Below are positions 17,909 through 28,206 of a DNA stretch of 60,126 nucleotides, piece by piece. How positions within the stretch are numbered: the first letter of the stretch is position 1; each line of letters starts with the position of its first letter. The notes beneath the pieces are model-generated. The model did not search any database. It saw nothing but the letters and a program-made list of their open reading frames with translations, and had not been told where the DNA came from. The stretch is from positions 1-60,126 of the forward strand of contig DASWEU010000124.1 in NCBI GenBank assembly GCA_036394595.1. Direction: 5' to 3'. Origin of the DNA: Burkholderiales bacterium (GTDB taxonomy: Bacteria > Pseudomonadota > Gammaproteobacteria > Burkholderiales > SG8-39). Position numbers and translations under genes: made by a program.

Positions 17909-18793
17909 TTATTCATAACCCAACTGCTTCAGTACGCGCGCATCGTCGGTCCAGGAGCGGCGCACCTTTACCCATACGCCGAGGTAGACCTTGCCGTGGA
18001 ACAGGCGCTCCATGTCCTTGCGCGCGGCGGTGGCCATGCGCTTGAGCCGGTCGCCGCGCGCGCCGAGCACGATGCCGCGCTGGCTGTCGCGCTCGACCAG
18101 GATAGTGGCTTCGATGCGCCGCAGGCGGCCCTCCTCCTTGAAACTGTCGATCACCACCTCGCAGCGGTAGGGCAGCTCTTGCCCCATCTCGTTGAACAGT
18201 TTCTCGCGCAGCGCCTCGGCGGCAAGGAAGCGCTCGTCGCGGTCGGTGAGCTGGTCGGGCGGGTACGCCGCGGGACCCTCGGGCAGCGCCTCGCGCACCG
18301 CGCGCAGGAGCTGCGGCAGATTGCGCCCCGTGTGCGCGCTCACCGGCACCAGCGCCGCGAACTCGCGCGCCCGGGACAGGCGCTCGAGAAAAGGAATCAG
18401 GCGCCCGCTGTTCTTCAGCAGGTCGATCTTGTTGACCACGGCGATCACCGTCTGCCCGGCCGGAATGCGTTCAAGCGCCTCCTGGTCCTCAGGGGTAAAG
18501 CGCGAGGCCTCGACCACGAACAGCACCACGTCGACGTCGCGCGCCGCTTCCGTGAATCGGCGCTTCAGCGCGCGCTGCAGCACCGATTGCTGGCGCGGCG
18601 GGTTGCCGGGCGAATCGACGAACAGGTACTGGCAGTCCGGCCGCGTCAGGATGCCGGTGATCAGGTGGCGCGTGGTCTGCGGCTTGTTCGAGACGATCGA
18701 CAGCTTCTCGCCCACCAGGCGGTTGAGCAAGCTCGATTTGCCGGTGTTGGGGCGGCCGAGCAGGCCGACCGTGCCGCAGCGGTGCGTGCTCAT
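17909..18793 (-). CDS. era: GTPase Era
   Basis: G1 motif GRPNTGKSSLLN, DSPG, NKID, and a C-terminal KH domain. The start is placed at ATG 18793, forming an ATGA overlap with the rnc stop. Confidence 0.9.
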   Translation of the reverse strand: MSTHRCGTVGLLGRPNTGKSSLLNRLVGEKLSIVSNKPQTTRHLITGILTRPDCQYLFVDSPGNPPRQQSVLQRALKRRFTEAARDVDVVLFVVEASRFTPEDQEALERIPAGQTVIAVVNKIDLLKNSGRLIPFLERLSRAREFAALVPVSAHTGRNLPQLLRAVREALPEGPAAYPPDQLTDRDERFLAAEALREKLFNEMGQELPYRCEVVIDSFKEEGRLRRIEATILVERDSQRGIVLGARGDRLKRMATAARKDMERLFHGKVYLGVWVKVRRSWTDDARVLKQLGYE

Positions 18794-19446
18794 GCCTTCG
18801 GCAACTGCAGAAGCATGGCCGCGGCGGCCTGCTGCTCGGCGCGCTGGCGCGAAGAGCCGCTGCCGCTCGCCGCGAGCGACAGCTCTTCCACCCGGCACTC
18901 CACTTCGAAAGTGCGCTCGTGCGCGGCGCCGCGGCTCGCCAGGACGCGGTAGCGCGGCACGCTGCGAAAGCGCGCCTGCACCAGCTCCTGCAGGCGGGTC
19001 TTGGCGTCGCGCGCCTCGCCGTCCGGGTCGAGGCCGTCGAGCGTGGTTTGCAGCGCCGCGAGGACCACGCCGCGCGCCGCCTCGTAGCCGCCATCGAGAA
19101 ACACGGCGCCGAACAAGGCCTCGAGCGCGTCCGCCAGCATCGACGGCTGCGGGCGCACCGCGCCCAGCAGCAGCCGCTCGCCGATGCCGAGCGCGCCGGC
19201 CGCCTCGGCGAGCGAGCCTTCACGCACCAGCATGGCGCGCAGTTGCGACAGCTTGCCTTCGTCCAGGTGCGGAAAACGCGTATACAACTCGCCGGCCACC
19301 ACGCAGCCGAGCACGCCGTCGCCGAGAAATTCGAGTCGCTGGTAGTCGCCGCCGCCGCGGCTGCCGTGGGTCAGGGCCTGCTCGAGGAGCCGGGGGTCGG
19401 CGAAGCGGTGGCCGAGCCGCCGCTCAAAGTCCTCGGGCCGGGGCAA
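18790..19446 (-). CDS. rnc: ribonuclease III
   Basis: RNase III signature ERLEFLGDGVLG and a C-terminal dsRBD. Confidence 0.92.
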   Translation of the reverse strand: MPRPEDFERRLGHRFADPRLLEQALTHGSRGGGDYQRLEFLGDGVLGCVVAGELYTRFPHLDEGKLSQLRAMLVREGSLAEAAGALGIGERLLLGAVRPQPSMLADALEALFGAVFLDGGYEAARGVVLAALQTTLDGLDPDGEARDAKTRLQELVQARFRSVPRYRVLASRGAAHERTFEVECRVEELSLAASGSGSSRQRAEQQAAAAMLLQLPKA

Positions 19447-19452
19447 AGCGGG

Positions 19453-19806
19453 TTACGGTCTCGACGTCGCCGAGTAATCGATGTACAGGCCGACGCCCGA
19501 GAACAGCGGCACTTCCTTGCGGTAGGCGAAGGAGATCACGATTTCCGTTCCTGATTTGGTGATCTCGAGGTCCTGTGGCTTGACCGAGGTGATGTCGTCG
19601 ATGATGGTGCGCGCCTCGAACGCTTTGCGGATGTCCGCCACCGATGCGCCCTGCTTCTCGCGCGCGATGGAGTCGATGCCGTTCTTGGCAGTGCGGAACT
19701 CCATGAACGAGGGAATCAGCTTCATGCCGAACAGCGCCAGGATGATGACCACGAACAGAGCCGCGATCAGGCCCATTACGCCGATGCCGCGTTGCCGGTT
19801 TTGCAT
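19453..19806 (-). CDS. DUF4845 domain membrane protein
   Basis: MQNRQRGIGVMGLIAALFVVIILALFGMKLIPSFMEF is a typical DUF4845 N-terminus. It sits in the conserved lepB-rnc spacer position. The start is placed at ATG 19806. Confidence 0.7.
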   Translation of the reverse strand: MQNRQRGIGVMGLIAALFVVIILALFGMKLIPSFMEFRTAKNGIDSIAREKQGASVADIRKAFEARTIIDDITSVKPQDLEITKSGTEIVISFAYRKEVPLFSGVGLYIDYSATSRP

Positions 19807-19829
19807 GGTTTTCTCCTCCAGCGTCCTGT

Positions 19830-20614
19830 TCATCGGAACGAACCGAAGCGGCCGAGCTCGTTAAAGTTCAGCCAGATGAAGAAGGCCTTGCCCACGATGT
19901 TCGCGTCGGGCACGAAGCCCCACACCCGGCTGTCGCTCGAATTGTCTCGGTTGTCGCCCATCATGAAGTAATGGCCCGGCGGCACCGTGCACACCAAGCC
20001 GCTGGTATTGTAGGCGCAATTGCCCGAGTACGGAAACGAACGCGACGGCGTCAGGGCCGCCGGCGCGTCGTCTTCGAGCAATATTTCATGCTCGACGCCC
20101 GCCAGCGTCTCGATATAGCGCCGCGAAAACTGCATGCGTTCGCGCGACAGGTAGTCGTCAATCTGGCGAGTGGCGATTGGCGTCCCGTTCACCACCAGGC
20201 GTTTGTTGCGGTACTCGATGCGATCGCCCGGCAGCCCCACCACCCGCTTGATGTAGTCGAGCGAGGGGTCCTCGGGAAAGCGGAACACCATCACGTCGCC
20301 GCGCCTCGGGCTGCCCAGCTCGAGCACCTTGCGGTTGAGTACCGGCAGGCGGATGCCGTAGGTGAATTTGTTGACCAGGATGAAATCGCCTACCAGCAGC
20401 GTCGGCACCATCGAGCTCGACGGGATCTTGAACGGCTCGACCAGGAAGGAGCGCAGCAGGAACACGATCAGGATCACCGGGAAAAAGCTGATCGAGTACT
20501 CGACCCACCAGGGCTGCTTTGCATCCCCGGCCCTGATTTTTCGCAAAAACAGCTTGTCCAGCAGCCAGGCCAGGCCCGTGACCACCAGCAGCAGCAACAG
20601 GAAGGCGGCGAAAT

Positions 20615-20618
<4 letters not shown>
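19830..20618 (-). CDS. lepB: signal peptidase I
   Basis: [10 protein letters not shown] (catalytic Ser box), [11 protein letters not shown] and a Lys box. There is no ATG after the lepA stop. The start is placed at TTG 20618, overlapping the lepA TGA (TTGA) and giving [13 protein letters not shown]. Confidence 0.85.
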
Positions 20619-22414
<1,796 letters not shown>

Positions 22415-22448
22415 ATAAAGAAGGAGGGTGCCCCTCGGGGCACCCTCC
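22415..22448 (-). terminator. strong hairpin plus T-rich tail directly abutting the lepA ATG (terminator/attenuator-like)
   Basis: On the minus strand: GGAGGGTGCCCC-GA-GGGGCACCCTCC (22448-22423), then TTCTTTAT (22422-22415), then the lepA ATG. Confidence 0.55.
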
Positions 22449-22462
22449 TCTGGGCCGCTATT

Positions 22463-22669
22463 TTATCGCAGGCGCCTGACCGCTTCCGGTGTCAATCGGT
22501 GGCGGCAGAGTTCGCTGCCGCCGGCATCCAGCAGCACGGGGATGTGCTCGCCGTAGCGCGCCTCCAGTCCGGGGTCGGATTCGACGTCGATTTCCTCGAA
22601 ATCGACGCCCTGGGAGCGCAGCGCCGAGGCCATCTCCTCGCAAAGGTGGCACCAGGGGCGGCCGAGCAG
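22463..22669 (-). CDS. glutaredoxin-like (DUF836-type, CxxC) small protein; start codon unresolved
   Basis: Not in the ORF track. The minus-strand frame reads ..IKARLLGRPWCHLCEEMASALRSQGVDFEEIDVESDPGLEARYGEHIPVLLDAGGSELCRHRLTPEAVRRLR* (stop 22465-22463). No ATG/GTG/TTG lies between the upstream in-frame TGA and the CxxC motif. CTG at 22669 and ATA at 22681 are the only candidates. Confidence 0.5.
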   Translation of the reverse strand: MLGRPWCHLCEEMASALRSQGVDFEEIDVESDPGLEARYGEHIPVLLDAGGSELCRHRLTPEAVRRLR

Positions 22670-22670
22670 C

Positions 22671-24086
22671 CTAGCCTTTATCGGTGAATCCCGACACGGT
22701 GACGAAAGCGAGGCCGTCGCCGCGCTTCACCTGCAGGGTGATGACCGCGTTCTTCTCCAGCCCGGCGAGCAGGCGGTTGAACTGCTCCACCGTCCTTAGC
22801 TCGGTCTGCTGTCCCTTCTGCACCACCATCAGGATCACGTCGCCCTTGCGCACTTCGACGCGCGCATCGGGCCGCACGTCGGTCACCACCAGCCCGCCCG
22901 ACACTTTCAGGTCCTTCTTCTGCTCGGCCGAAATCTCGGTGACGACGATGCCGAGGCGGTTGGCCGCCACCGGCGCCGGCTTCGCGGCGCGTGGCGTCTC
23001 GCGCGCGGCGACGCGGTCTTCGGGCCGCTCTTCCAGGGTGATGGTCATGCTGTTCTTGGCCGCCTTGCGCCAGACCTCCATGCCGGCCTGGGTGCCCGGC
23101 CGTGCCGAGGCCACTAGGCGCAGCAGATCGTTGACGGCGTCCACTGGCCGGCCGTTGAACGACAGGATGATGTCGCTCGCCTCGACTCCGGCGCGCTCGG
23201 CGGGGCTTGCCTTTTCCACCGAGGTGACCAGCGCGCCGCGCGGCCGGTCGAGCCCAAACGAGGTGGCGAGGTCGCGCGTCACGTCCTGGATCAGCACGCC
23301 GATACGGCCGCGCGCCACGCGGCCGCGGTCGCGCAGCTGCTTCTGCACGTCGAGCGCCACGTCGATCGGGATGGCGAAGGACAGGCCCATGAAGCCGCCG
23401 GTGCGGCTGTAGATCTGCGAGTTGATGCCCACCACCTCGCCGCGCATGTTGAACAGCGGCCCGCCCGAGTTGCCCGGGTTGATGGCGACGTCGGTCTGGA
23501 TGAAGGGGACGAAGTTCTCCTGCGGCAGCGAACGCCCTTTGGCGCTGACGATGCCGGCGGTGACGCTGTTTTCGTAGCCGAACGGCGCGCCGATCGCCAC
23601 CACCCACTCGCCCACCTTGAGGCGCATCGGATCGCCGAACTTGACCGAAGGCAGGCTGCTGCCGTCGATCTTGAGCAGCGCCACGTCGGTCAGCTTGTCG
23701 GCGCCGATCACCTTGGCCTTGTACTCGCGCTTGTCGGTGAAGCGCACCACGATCTCCTCGGCCTCGTCCACCACGTGGGCGTTGGTGAGGATGTAGCCGT
23801 CGCCGCTGATGATGAAGCCCGAGCCGACCGAGCGGCTTTCGGGGCGCTGGCCCGGCCCGGGCAGCTGCCGCGGAATGAAGCGGCGGAAGAATTCCTGCGC
23901 TTCCTCGTCGTCCATGCCCGGCACCATCTGCGTGCGGCGCACGCTTCTGGTGGCGCTGATATTGACCACCGCAGCGCCCTGCTCATCGACCAGGCGCGTG
24001 AAATCGGGCAACTCGCGCGCCTGCGCTACGGCGGTCGAACAGAACGCCGCAATGCACAGGGCGCCAAGGAATCTTGCGAATTGCAT
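22671..24086 (-). CDS. degP: DegP/MucD-family periplasmic serine endoprotease (Do)
   Basis: Signal peptide, catalytic TNAHVV / D / GNSGGPL triad motifs, and two PDZ-length C-terminal domains. Confidence 0.92.
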   Translation of the reverse strand: MQFARFLGALCIAAFCSTAVAQARELPDFTRLVDEQGAAVVNISATRSVRRTQMVPGMDDEEAQEFFRRFIPRQLPGPGQRPESRSVGSGFIISGDGYILTNAHVVDEAEEIVVRFTDKREYKAKVIGADKLTDVALLKIDGSSLPSVKFGDPMRLKVGEWVVAIGAPFGYENSVTAGIVSAKGRSLPQENFVPFIQTDVAINPGNSGGPLFNMRGEVVGINSQIYSRTGGFMGLSFAIPIDVALDVQKQLRDRGRVARGRIGVLIQDVTRDLATSFGLDRPRGALVTSVEKASPAERAGVEASDIILSFNGRPVDAVNDLLRLVASARPGTQAGMEVWRKAAKNSMTITLEERPEDRVAARETPRAAKPAPVAANRLGIVVTEISAEQKKDLKVSGGLVVTDVRPDARVEVRKGDVILMVVQKGQQTELRTVEQFNRLLAGLEKNAVITLQVKRGDGLAFVTVSGFTDKG

Positions 24087-24105
24087 GGGTTTCTCCAGGT
24101 TTTTC

Positions 24106-25071
24106 CTACTGCGGCCGGCGGTACTCGACGGCGTTGGCGATGCGTTGCACGCTGGCGGCCGGGGCTTCGCCCACGACCGTCACGCGGAAATTCTCGATCA
24201 AGCGCGAGTAGACATGCAACGCGCCGCTGCCCGACGCGCCGGCGCCGAGAGACTGGCGCGCCTCGGCGGGCTCGATGAACACCGACACTGCCGCCAGCCC
24301 ATCGGAATACACCAGCTGCCCGACCGGCTTGGCGTCGCCCATGCGGCGGCGCAACTCGACCACCTTGCGGAATCCCGGCAGCTCCGCGCTCAGGCTCCAG
24401 CCGTCGAGGCGCGCCGGAGAGGCCTCAGCGTCCTCGATGCGCCATTTGGTCGCGGCGTGGCGCGCGCGCACCATTTCGCGCGTCACGCCGCCGATGGCGA
24501 GCTGCGTGAAGGTGAATTGCTCGATGCGCTGGCCGGCCGCGTCCACCGTCACCGCCTTGAGCAGCATGCCGGACTTGGCGTCGGCGTACAGCCGGTAGCC
24601 GTAGCGCAGGTTGTCGCGCGGCGACAGCAGCACCGCGCGGCAGTCATAGCCGGCGATGCGGCTGGTCTCGCCCAGCACGATGTTGTAGTGGCGCGCCAGT
24701 GCGCCGACGCGCTCGGGCAGCAGCGCCGGAAAGCTGCGATCGGAAGTGCGCCGCTCGATCTTCACCACCCGGCTCTCGGGCAAGTAGCAGCGCACCACAT
24801 CGCGCGTGCGCACCAGCTCGCGCGGCACGCCGTCGAGCACCTCGACGCGCTCGATATCGCCGTCCGGGTCGACGAAGCGCGTGATGCGCGAAGTCTCGCT
24901 GCGCGCGCCATGCTGGTAGACGAAGGTGCCGCGATAAGACAGCTTTTGCGTCGCGTCGTGGATGCGGCGCATCAGCGCCAGCGCGTCTTCGGACTGTGCC
25001 TGCGCCGCCGCCGCCCAGACGGCGGCACACAGCACTACGGCGCGCGCCGGCGCGAGCGCCTCAGCGCTCAC
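24106..25071 (-). CDS. rseB: sigma-E regulatory protein RseB/MucB
   Basis: Signal peptide and MucB/RseB pattern (YRGTFVYQHG..., RYGYRLYADAKSGMLLK). Position is between rseA and degP. Confidence 0.85.
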   Translation of the reverse strand: MSAEALAPARAVVLCAAVWAAAAQAQSEDALALMRRIHDATQKLSYRGTFVYQHGARSETSRITRFVDPDGDIERVEVLDGVPRELVRTRDVVRCYLPESRVVKIERRTSDRSFPALLPERVGALARHYNIVLGETSRIAGYDCRAVLLSPRDNLRYGYRLYADAKSGMLLKAVTVDAAGQRIEQFTFTQLAIGGVTREMVRARHAATKWRIEDAEASPARLDGWSLSAELPGFRKVVELRRRMGDAKPVGQLVYSDGLAAVSVFIEPAEARQSLGAGASGSGALHVYSRLIENFRVTVVGEAPAASVQRIANAVEYRRPQ

Positions 25072-25558
25072 TGGCGACCGAGCGGACGTAAGGCGCCATG
25101 CCCTGCAGCGATACGCGCGGCGAGTAGGCCTGGTGCGCGAGTAGGTAGTCGTTGGCCTCGGGCGGGATCGGAACTGCCGCGGCTATCGCCTCCGGCACGG
25201 GCACCGACTCGACTTTGGCCTGCGGGGCCATCGCCGGTTCGCGCAACGGGCCGAAGGCCACCCAGCCGACCAGCGCCACGGCCGCCAGGCTCGCCGCGAC
25301 GGCCATCGGGAACCAGGCGCGCGGCGACGGCGCGATGCGCCCGGGAGCGAGCACCGTGGGCTCCTGAGCGATGCGTGAAGCGATGCGCTCGGCGAAGTCC
25401 GCCGGCATCGGGCGGGCGCCGCGCAGAGCGTCGCCGATCAGGTGGTAGACGCACCAGGTGTCGGCGGCTTCGCCCGGCCGGCAAGCTTGCGCGATCAATT
25501 CACCGGCGGAGCTGGCCTCGAGCTCGCCGTCCACCAGCTGAGAAATTCTCGTCTTCAT
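25061..25558 (-). CDS. rseA: anti-sigma-E factor RseA/MucA family
   Basis: N-terminal anti-sigma-E domain pattern MKTRISQLVDGELE...WCVYHLIGDALRG with a central TM segment. It lies immediately downstream of rpoE. Confidence 0.8.
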   Translation of the reverse strand: MKTRISQLVDGELEASSAGELIAQACRPGEAADTWCVYHLIGDALRGARPMPADFAERIASRIAQEPTVLAPGRIAPSPRAWFPMAVAASLAAVALVGWVAFGPLREPAMAPQAKVESVPVPEAIAAAVPIPPEANDYLLAHQAYSPRVSLQGMAPYVRSVASER

Positions 25559-25562
25559 GCGC

Positions 25563-26162
25563 CTACCACCTCTTGTCCTTCTGCGTGTCCAGCAACGGCC
25601 TCAGCTGCTCCGAGATCGCCTCGCGCGCGCGGTAAATGCGCGAGCGCACGGTGCCGATCGGGCAACCCATGGCCTGCGCGATGTCCTCGTAGCTCATGCC
25701 CTCGAGCTCGCGCATCTGGATGGCGCGCCGCAACTCTTCGGGCAGCTTCTCGATCGTGGCGTTGACGGTGCGCGCGATCTCGTTCGAGAGCAGGACGCTC
25801 TCGGGGGTGTTGATATCGCGCAATTGCTCGCCTTCATCGAAGCCTTCCGCCTCTTCGGCCTCCACCTCGGTCGAGGTCGGCGCCCGCCGACCCAGGGCCA
25901 CGAGGTGATTCTTGGCCGTGTTGATGCCGATCCGGTACAGCCAGGTGTAGAACGCGCTGTCGCCGCGAAACGCCGGCAATGCCCGGTACGCCTTGACGAA
26001 CGCTTCCTGCGCCACGTCCTCGACTTCCGCCGGATCGCGGATGAAGCGCGACAGCAGCCGTCCCAGCTTACGCTGATACTTCTGCACCAGCAGGCCAAAT
26101 GCCTGCTTGTCGCCGCGCTGCGCCCGCTCGACCAGCTGCCGGTCGATTTCGCGGTCAGACAC
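25563..26162 (-). CDS. rpoE: RNA polymerase sigma factor RpoE (sigma-24/AlgU)
   Basis: ECF sigma regions 2 and 4 (AFGLLVQKYQRKL, DVAQEAFVKAYRAL, FYTWLYRI, ELEGMSYEDIAQAMGCPIGTVRSRIYRARE). GTG start. Confidence 0.93.
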   Translation of the reverse strand: MSDREIDRQLVERAQRGDKQAFGLLVQKYQRKLGRLLSRFIRDPAEVEDVAQEAFVKAYRALPAFRGDSAFYTWLYRIGINTAKNHLVALGRRAPTSTEVEAEEAEGFDEGEQLRDINTPESVLLSNEIARTVNATIEKLPEELRRAIQMRELEGMSYEDIAQAMGCPIGTVRSRIYRAREAISEQLRPLLDTQKDKRW

Positions 26163-26179
26163 CTAACCGCCTATGTGCC

Positions 26180-26206
26180 ACAGACACCCGCCCTTGGAAA
26201 TAGTTC
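26180..26206 (-). promoter_or_regulatory. sigma-E/AlgU-type promoter upstream of rpoE
   Basis: The minus strand reads GAACTA-N16-TCTGT, about 18 nt upstream of the rpoE GTG. The published sigma-E/AlgU consensus is GAACTT-N16/17-TCTGA. Confidence 0.5.
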
Positions 26207-26227
26207 GAGGCCCGGTAGGGCCATTGC

Positions 26228-26677
26228 TCAGTTTGACAGTTGCACGCCCGCCACGGGCGGCACCCTACCCCACAGCGCCCAAAGCCTCAGCCGCCGGAAC
26301 CCGTCCGGGTCCAGCATGTCGGCGGTGACCAGCAGGGTACGGCGGGAGGGGCGCCGCAGGGGCAGCATGACCGCCAGCCGGCCGACATAGCGCCGGCCCG
26401 CCGCCTCGGCGGCAAATTGCCGCCCGTCGGCCGACTCCAACTCCAGGCCTCCGGGGGTAATGGCGATCTTGCGGACCGAGCCGGCGGCGCGCAGCAGCGC
26501 CCGGCTGCGGGCGGAGGCCACCCCCAGGCCGACGAGCGCAGTGGCGAGCAGCCCGCCCGCCACGCCTGGCAGCGCAAGCGCCGCGCAGACCGCCGCCGCC
26601 GCATGCGCGCCGACGATCAGCGCGGCCAGCCGACGCGAGGGACGCAGGTCGAGTTGCAGGCGCGGCGTGCCGTTCAA
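26228..26677 (-). CDS. YgfX/CptA-like (DUF1434) inner-membrane protein
   Basis: LDLRPSRRLAALIVGAHAAAAV.. (two TM helices) and a C-terminal ADMLDPDGFRRLRLW parallel E. coli YgfX (SDLRVSWRAQWLSLLIHGLVAAV ... ADSMDEAEWRDLRRIL). ATGA overlap with the fabF stop. Confidence 0.55.
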   Translation of the reverse strand: MNGTPRLQLDLRPSRRLAALIVGAHAAAAVCAALALPGVAGGLLATALVGLGVASARSRALLRAAGSVRKIAITPGGLELESADGRQFAAEAAGRRYVGRLAVMLPLRRPSRRTLLVTADMLDPDGFRRLRLWALWGRVPPVAGVQLSN

Positions 26678-27912
26678 GTGCGCGCCAGCACCAGCGAACC
26701 GTTGGTGCCGCCGAAGCCGAAGGAGTTCGACAGCGCGACGCGGATCGGCATCTTGCGCGCGTTGTTCGGCACGTAATCGAGGTCGCAGTCCGGGTCGGGC
26801 GTGCGCAGGTTGATGGTGGGCGGCGACACCTGGTCGCGGATGGCGAGCGCGCTGAACACCGCCTCGACGCCGCCGGCGGCGCCCAGCAGGTGACCGGTCA
26901 TCGACTTGGTCGAGTTTACCGCCACCTTCGACGCATGCGCACCGAGCAGCTTCTTGATCGCCTTGGTTTCGGCGACATCGCCCAGCGGCGTGGAAGTGCC
27001 GTGCGCGTTGATGTAGTTGACCGCAGTGCCTTCAAGGCCGGAATCCCTTAGGGCGTTGCGCATGGCGCGGTAGCCGCCATCGCCGTCTTCGGGCGGTGCG
27101 GTCATGTGGTGGGCATCGGCCGACGCGCCATAGCCCGCGAGCTCGCAGTAAATGCGCGCGCCGCGCGCCCTGGCGTGCTCCAACTCCTCGAGCACCATCG
27201 CGCCGGCACCCTCGCCCAGCACGAATCCATCCCGATCCTTGTCCCAGGGCCGGCTGGCGGTGGCCGGGTCGTCGTTGCGCGTGGACAGGGCCCGCGCCGA
27301 CGCGAAGCCGCCCATCGCGAGCTCGGTGATCACCGCCTCGGCGCCGCCGGCGATCATGACGTCGGCGTCGCCGTAGCGGATGGTCCTCGACGCCTCGCCG
27401 ATGCAGTGCGTCGAGGTGGTGCAAGCGGTGACCATCGCCAGGTTGGGGCCCTTCGCGCCGAGCTCGATCGACAGCAGGCCGGCGATCATGTTGATGATGG
27501 TGCCGGGGATGAAGAACGGCGAGATGCGCCGCGGGCCGTTCTTGTGCAGCTCGGCGTCCATCGCCTCGATCAGCGGCAAACCGCCGATGCCCGAGCCGAA
27601 ATTGACGCCGATGCGCTCGGCGTTCTCCGGCGTTACCTGCAAACCGCAGTCGCGCCAGGCCTGCAGCCCGGTGGCGACGCCGTAATGGATGAAGGTGTCC
27701 ATGCGCCGCGCTTCTTTCGGCGACATGTAGGGCGAGACGTCGAAGCCCTTCACCTCGCCGGCGATCTGGCAGGAGAGGCGCGACGGGTCGAAGTGCGTGA
27801 CGCGGGCGATACCGGGGGTGCCGGCCAGCGCGTTCGCCCAGGCCTGCTCGACCGTATTGCCGATCGGGCAGACGATACCGAGCCCGGTGACGACGACTCT
27901 GCGGCGGGTCAC
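26674..27912 (-). CDS. fabF: beta-ketoacyl-ACP synthase II
   Basis: RRVVVTGLG N-terminus, active-site ACTTSTH, and HGTSTP / GHLLGAAG motifs. Confidence 0.95.
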   Translation of the reverse strand: MTRRRVVVTGLGIVCPIGNTVEQAWANALAGTPGIARVTHFDPSRLSCQIAGEVKGFDVSPYMSPKEARRMDTFIHYGVATGLQAWRDCGLQVTPENAERIGVNFGSGIGGLPLIEAMDAELHKNGPRRISPFFIPGTIINMIAGLLSIELGAKGPNLAMVTACTTSTHCIGEASRTIRYGDADVMIAGGAEAVITELAMGGFASARALSTRNDDPATASRPWDKDRDGFVLGEGAGAMVLEELEHARARGARIYCELAGYGASADAHHMTAPPEDGDGGYRAMRNALRDSGLEGTAVNYINAHGTSTPLGDVAETKAIKKLLGAHASKVAVNSTKSMTGHLLGAAGGVEAVFSALAIRDQVSPPTINLRTPDPDCDLDYVPNNARKMPIRVALSNSFGFGGTNGSLVLART

Positions 27913-27923
27913 GCGGTTTCCGC

Positions 27924-28163
27924 TTAGGACTTGGCGTGCGCCTTGATGTAGTCGATCGCCTTCTGGACGGTGTCGATCTTCTCGGCTTCCTCGTCGGGGA
28001 TTTCGGTCTCGAACTCCTCCTCGAGGGCCATCACCAGCTCGACGGTGTCGAGCGAATCCGCGCCCAGGTCGTCGACGAACGACGACTCGGCCTTGATCTC
28101 AGCCTCGTTCACGCCGAGTTGTTCGGCGATGATCTTCTTGACGCGTTGTTCTACGTTCTCCAT
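27924..28163 (-). CDS. acpP: acyl carrier protein
   Basis: [18 protein letters not shown]...[20 protein letters not shown] with the phosphopantetheine Ser motif DSLD. The start is placed at ATG 28163. Confidence 0.95.
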   Translation of the reverse strand: MENVEQRVKKIIAEQLGVNEAEIKAESSFVDDLGADSLDTVELVMALEEEFETEIPDEEAEKIDTVQKAIDYIKAHAKS

Positions 28164-28206
28164 CCGCTGCTCCTTGGCGTGAGGTGGGGCCGAAAGGGAG
28201 CGTATT

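Noticed and set aside
17120-18952. 610-aa plus-strand ORF, together with similar very long ORFs at 12104-13870, 20804-22687, 23809-25635, 28508-30436 and 39773-41554.
   Set aside because: Each lies antisense to a well-supported housekeeping gene (recO/era, uvrC, lepA, degP-rseB-rseA, fabG-fabD-fabH, uvrB). Each translates to Arg/Ala/Gly/Pro-rich low-complexity sequence. These are typical stop-codon-poor shadow frames of high-GC DNA.
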